Positions 61,446 through 64,000 of a DNA stretch of 64,000 bases are shown piece after piece. Position 1 is the first letter of the stretch; each line of letters begins with the position of its first letter. The position numbers and the translations under genes are program-made. The stretch lies in contig OZ240228.1 in assembly GCA_965197795.1 (NCBI GenBank), positions 2,893,177-2,957,176 of the forward strand, given 5' to 3'. The notes under the pieces were generated by a model. That model worked only from the letters and a program-made list of their open reading frames with translations. It did not search any database and was not told where the DNA came from. The stretch is from Dehalococcoidia bacterium. GTDB lineage: Bacteria; Chloroflexota; Dehalococcoidia; DSTF01; WHTK01.

Positions 61446-62579
61446 CTAGTACGAGTCGAAGAGCTTGCCCCACTCCGTCTTCTTGGCGGCGCCGACCCGG
61501 CCGCGGCCGAAGGCGGGGTACCAGAATAGGTTGTAGTAGAAGTTCGAGGCCCAGTAGCTCCAGGGCACGATCGGCGAGCGCAGCAGCGGCTTCTCCATGA
61601 AATGCAGCGGGCCCCAGTAAATCTGCTTCTGGCCCCAGCTGGCGAAGGTGTCCTCGTCCTTGACGAAGCCGAAGTCGATGTCGGAAACGTCGAGGCCGAC
61701 GACCTCGATCTCTCGCGGATCGCCGACGCCGAGACCGCGCTCGTGGCCGAGGCGGATGCACTCGAGAGACATCGGGTCGAAGCCCATCATCTTGGCGGCG
61801 ACGGCGTCGATCGCCACCATGTCGCTCGATGCGAGCACCAGGTTCTTGACGTGAGGACGCATGGCGCGCGGGCCGGGGCCATCGCCGGCGATCGTGCCGT
61901 CCATCACCGCGAACACGCCGGGGTGGATCTCCTTCTGAATCGCCAGCAGGTCGACCAGCGTCTTATGGATCTGCGAGTGGGTCCAGTGACGCCGGTAGTG
62001 CAGCAACCCGCCGAAGGCGTTCTTCATCGCGCCCGTCATCGTGGTGAAGACATGCGTCTTCATCGTCGGCAGGTGCACCACGTTGCGTCCAATCAGCGCC
62101 TGGGGAATCTCGATCCCGTCCTGGAAGATATCGTTCAGCACCATCATCTCGGCCTTCGGCGCGTAGCGAACCCAGGGCACGCCTTTGTCCGTCAGATGCG
62201 TGCTGGGGATGTTGAACTTTTCCTGCACCACCTTGTGCTTGTTCTTGACCTCGCCTTCATGCGAGTCGACCACGACGGTGCCGTTGTGGGCCGTGAGGAG
62301 GTCTTCGAAGCCCTCCTCACGCAGCGCTTTGACGATGCCCTCGATCTGCCACGGCGTTGAGGAACAGCCCGGATACCAATGCTGCCAGCTGATGTTGACC
62401 TTGAGCGCCGTCGGAGCGGTCTTATCGAGCGCCGAGGTGAAATCCGCCATGCGCATGGCACGACCGATATCGTCGACGACTCGTGGCGCGCTGGTGTACA
62501 AGACCGCGACCTTCGCGGTCTTGGGCGCGCGCGGCGTGCCGGATTCTTCACCTTCTACACGTTCGAATTCGGTGGTCAT
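61446..62579 (-). CDS. DUF362 domain protein
   Basis: LKVNIS, LPTMKTH...GAMKNAFG, DGTIAGDGPGP, DMVAIDAVAAKMMG. Confidence 0.85.
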   Translation of the reverse strand: MTTEFERVEGEESGTPRAPKTAKVAVLYTSAPRVVDDIGRAMRMADFTSALDKTAPTALKVNISWQHWYPGCSSTPWQIEGIVKALREEGFEDLLTAHNGTVVVDSHEGEVKNKHKVVQEKFNIPSTHLTDKGVPWVRYAPKAEMMVLNDIFQDGIEIPQALIGRNVVHLPTMKTHVFTTMTGAMKNAFGGLLHYRRHWTHSQIHKTLVDLLAIQKEIHPGVFAVMDGTIAGDGPGPRAMRPHVKNLVLASSDMVAIDAVAAKMMGFDPMSLECIRLGHERGLGVGDPREIEVVGLDVSDIDFGFVKDEDTFASWGQKQIYWGPLHFMEKPLLRSPIVPWSYWASNFYYNLFWYPAFGRGRVGAAKKTEWGKLFDSY

Positions 62580-62680
62580 CGGGTACCTCTGTGGATATCT
62601 GGCGGGTTTCATCCAAGTCTCGGCCCGGATTGAGAGCGTGATTACCCCTCATGATAGCGTCCGCGGCAGACAAGCCACAC

Positions 62681-63616
62681 TCAGGACTGACCCTTAAGGA
62701 TCTGCCGCGAAAGCTCCACGTCAGCCTGCATCTGCCGGACCAGGACATCGACGCTCTCGAACTTCAATTCGGGGCGCAGGCGTTGCACCAGCTCTATGCG
62801 CATCGATTGGTCGTACAGGTCTTCGTCGAAGTCGAAGATGAACGTCTCGACGCTGGGGTGCTGGCCGTCGAACTGCGGCCGGATCCCGATGCTGGTGGCC
62901 GACTGATAGCGCGACTCGCCGATGTAAGCCCAGGTCGCGTAAACGCCGAAAGCCGGCAGAGCGCGGTCCGCCGTCACACCGATGTTCGCCGTCGGAAAGC
63001 CCAAGTCGCGTCCACGCTGCTCGCCCGTGACCACCGGCCCCCTCAGCGAATAACGGCGCCCCAGAAGCGCCTCGACCGCCGGCAGGTCACCATCGGCGAG
63101 CGCCTTGCGGATCGCCGTCGAGCTGACCGTGACCTGATCGCTGGCGAGCGGCGCGGGCATCACGACAGCCTCGAAGCCGAGCTCTCTGCCGAGGTCGGCC
63201 ATCGCATCCGGTGAGCCCTCGCGGTTGCGTCCGAAGGCGTTGTCAGGCCCCATGATCAGGAGCCGCAGGTCCAGCTCCTCGCGCATAACCCTGACGAAGG
63301 CGCGCGGCGCTGTTTCAGCCAGCTCAGACGTGAACGTCAGCGGCACAACCAGCGCCAACCCGAGCTTACGCAGCAACTCGAGGCGCTCCTCGAGGCTGGT
63401 CAAGTACTGCATCGGCTCCTGAGGCCTCAGCACTCGCACCGGGTCCGGGTAGAGCGTCACGGCGCCCGGTTGTAGACCGGCGGCGGCGGCGCACTTGATC
63501 AGGAAGCTAATCAAGTGCTGGTGACCGAGATGCACGCCGTCGAAGTTGCCGATCGTGAGGGCGGTGCCTCGGGCCGGCGACAGACGACGCATCTCCTCGC
63601 GGGCAAACTCGCTCAT
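62681..63616 (-). CDS. ribF: bifunctional riboflavin kinase/FAD synthetase
   Basis: IGNFDGVHLGH, VSSTAIR, GRDLGFPTAN, GVYA, ETFIFDF. Confidence 0.96.
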   Translation of the reverse strand: MSEFAREEMRRLSPARGTALTIGNFDGVHLGHQHLISFLIKCAAAAGLQPGAVTLYPDPVRVLRPQEPMQYLTSLEERLELLRKLGLALVVPLTFTSELAETAPRAFVRVMREELDLRLLIMGPDNAFGRNREGSPDAMADLGRELGFEAVVMPAPLASDQVTVSSTAIRKALADGDLPAVEALLGRRYSLRGPVVTGEQRGRDLGFPTANIGVTADRALPAFGVYATWAYIGESRYQSATSIGIRPQFDGQHPSVETFIFDFDEDLYDQSMRIELVQRLRPELKFESVDVLVRQMQADVELSRQILKGQS

Positions 63617-63727
63617 CGCAGCGTCACCGCGAAGCGCTCAGCTTTCCTGTAGAATGAGAGAAGAGGGGATCCTTCAAGGCTGACCAACTTTGATCGTAGC
63701 ATCGGCGTTGCGCCGGTAACCATTAGC

Positions 63728-64000
63728 GTGAATCAGTCCGATCCCACTTTCCCCAGGCTGGAAGAGACGCCACCACAGAAGGAGCGGCCCTCGCCGCTTC
63801 CTGGCGTCACCTGGAACTTCCGCGACATCCTCGTCGGCTTCTTCGCCGCGCTAGTCGTTTTCTTCCTGCTCGGCGCGGTCATCATCGGGGGCGCAATCGC
63901 GGCCTTCGATAATGATTCGCTCGAAACGTCGCTGGCCGAGGTCGTGACCATCGTGCTGCTGGACGTCGTGCTGGTAGTGACGGTCCTGGCGGTGATCTCA
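63728..64000 (+). CDS. membrane protein, N-terminal part (possibly CPBP intramembrane protease), runs off the window
   Basis: GTG start; open frame to the window end with VTWNFRD followed by TM helices; catalytic motifs not in view. Confidence 0.5.
   Translation, partial: MNQSDPTFPRLEETPPQKERPSPLPGVTWNFRDILVGFFAALVVFFLLGAVIIGGAIAAFDNDSLETSLAEVVTIVLLDVVLVVTVLAVIS

Overview
GC-rich bacterial chromosome segment. Gene content suggests Chloroflexota, probably Dehalococcoidia/SAR202-like (inference): a CIRCE-hrcA-grpE-dnaK operon, a Chloroflexota-type anti-sigma factor, small Zn-binding proteins and paralog-rich oxidoreductases. There are three zones. (1) 1-25 kb is a catabolic array around typA, with three Rieske oxygenase alpha subunits, three luciferase-like oxidoreductases, a Baeyer-Villiger monooxygenase, GGT, alpha/beta hydrolases (one haloacetate-dehalogenase-like), SDRs and an MFS transporter. 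(2) About 25-36 kb is a decayed accessory island off the 3' end of a tRNA-Val(TAC) gene, with a truncated tyrosine recombinase, a dif-like palindromic site, gene remnants, and frameshifted MMPL and MalT/LuxR genes. (3) 36-64 kb is mostly core: hrcA-grpE-TPR-dnaK (no dnaJ), fabH-folC-fabF, a SWIM Zn-finger gene behind a uORF and terminator, an ECF sigma/anti-sigma pair followed by a long coiled-coil protein and a degenerate GGDEF protein, dapB, pnp, rpsO, pepA and ribF. The best novelty candidates are the ECF/coiled-coil/degenerate-GGDEF module with a shared sigma28-like motif, a TPR gene inside the dnaK operon, a putative leader-peptide attenuator on the SWIM gene, four probable non-canonical start codons, and dif-like sites flanking a gene beside the integrase. 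Many frameshifts could be long-read indel errors; sequence alone cannot resolve this. All family assignments come from motif recognition, not database searches.
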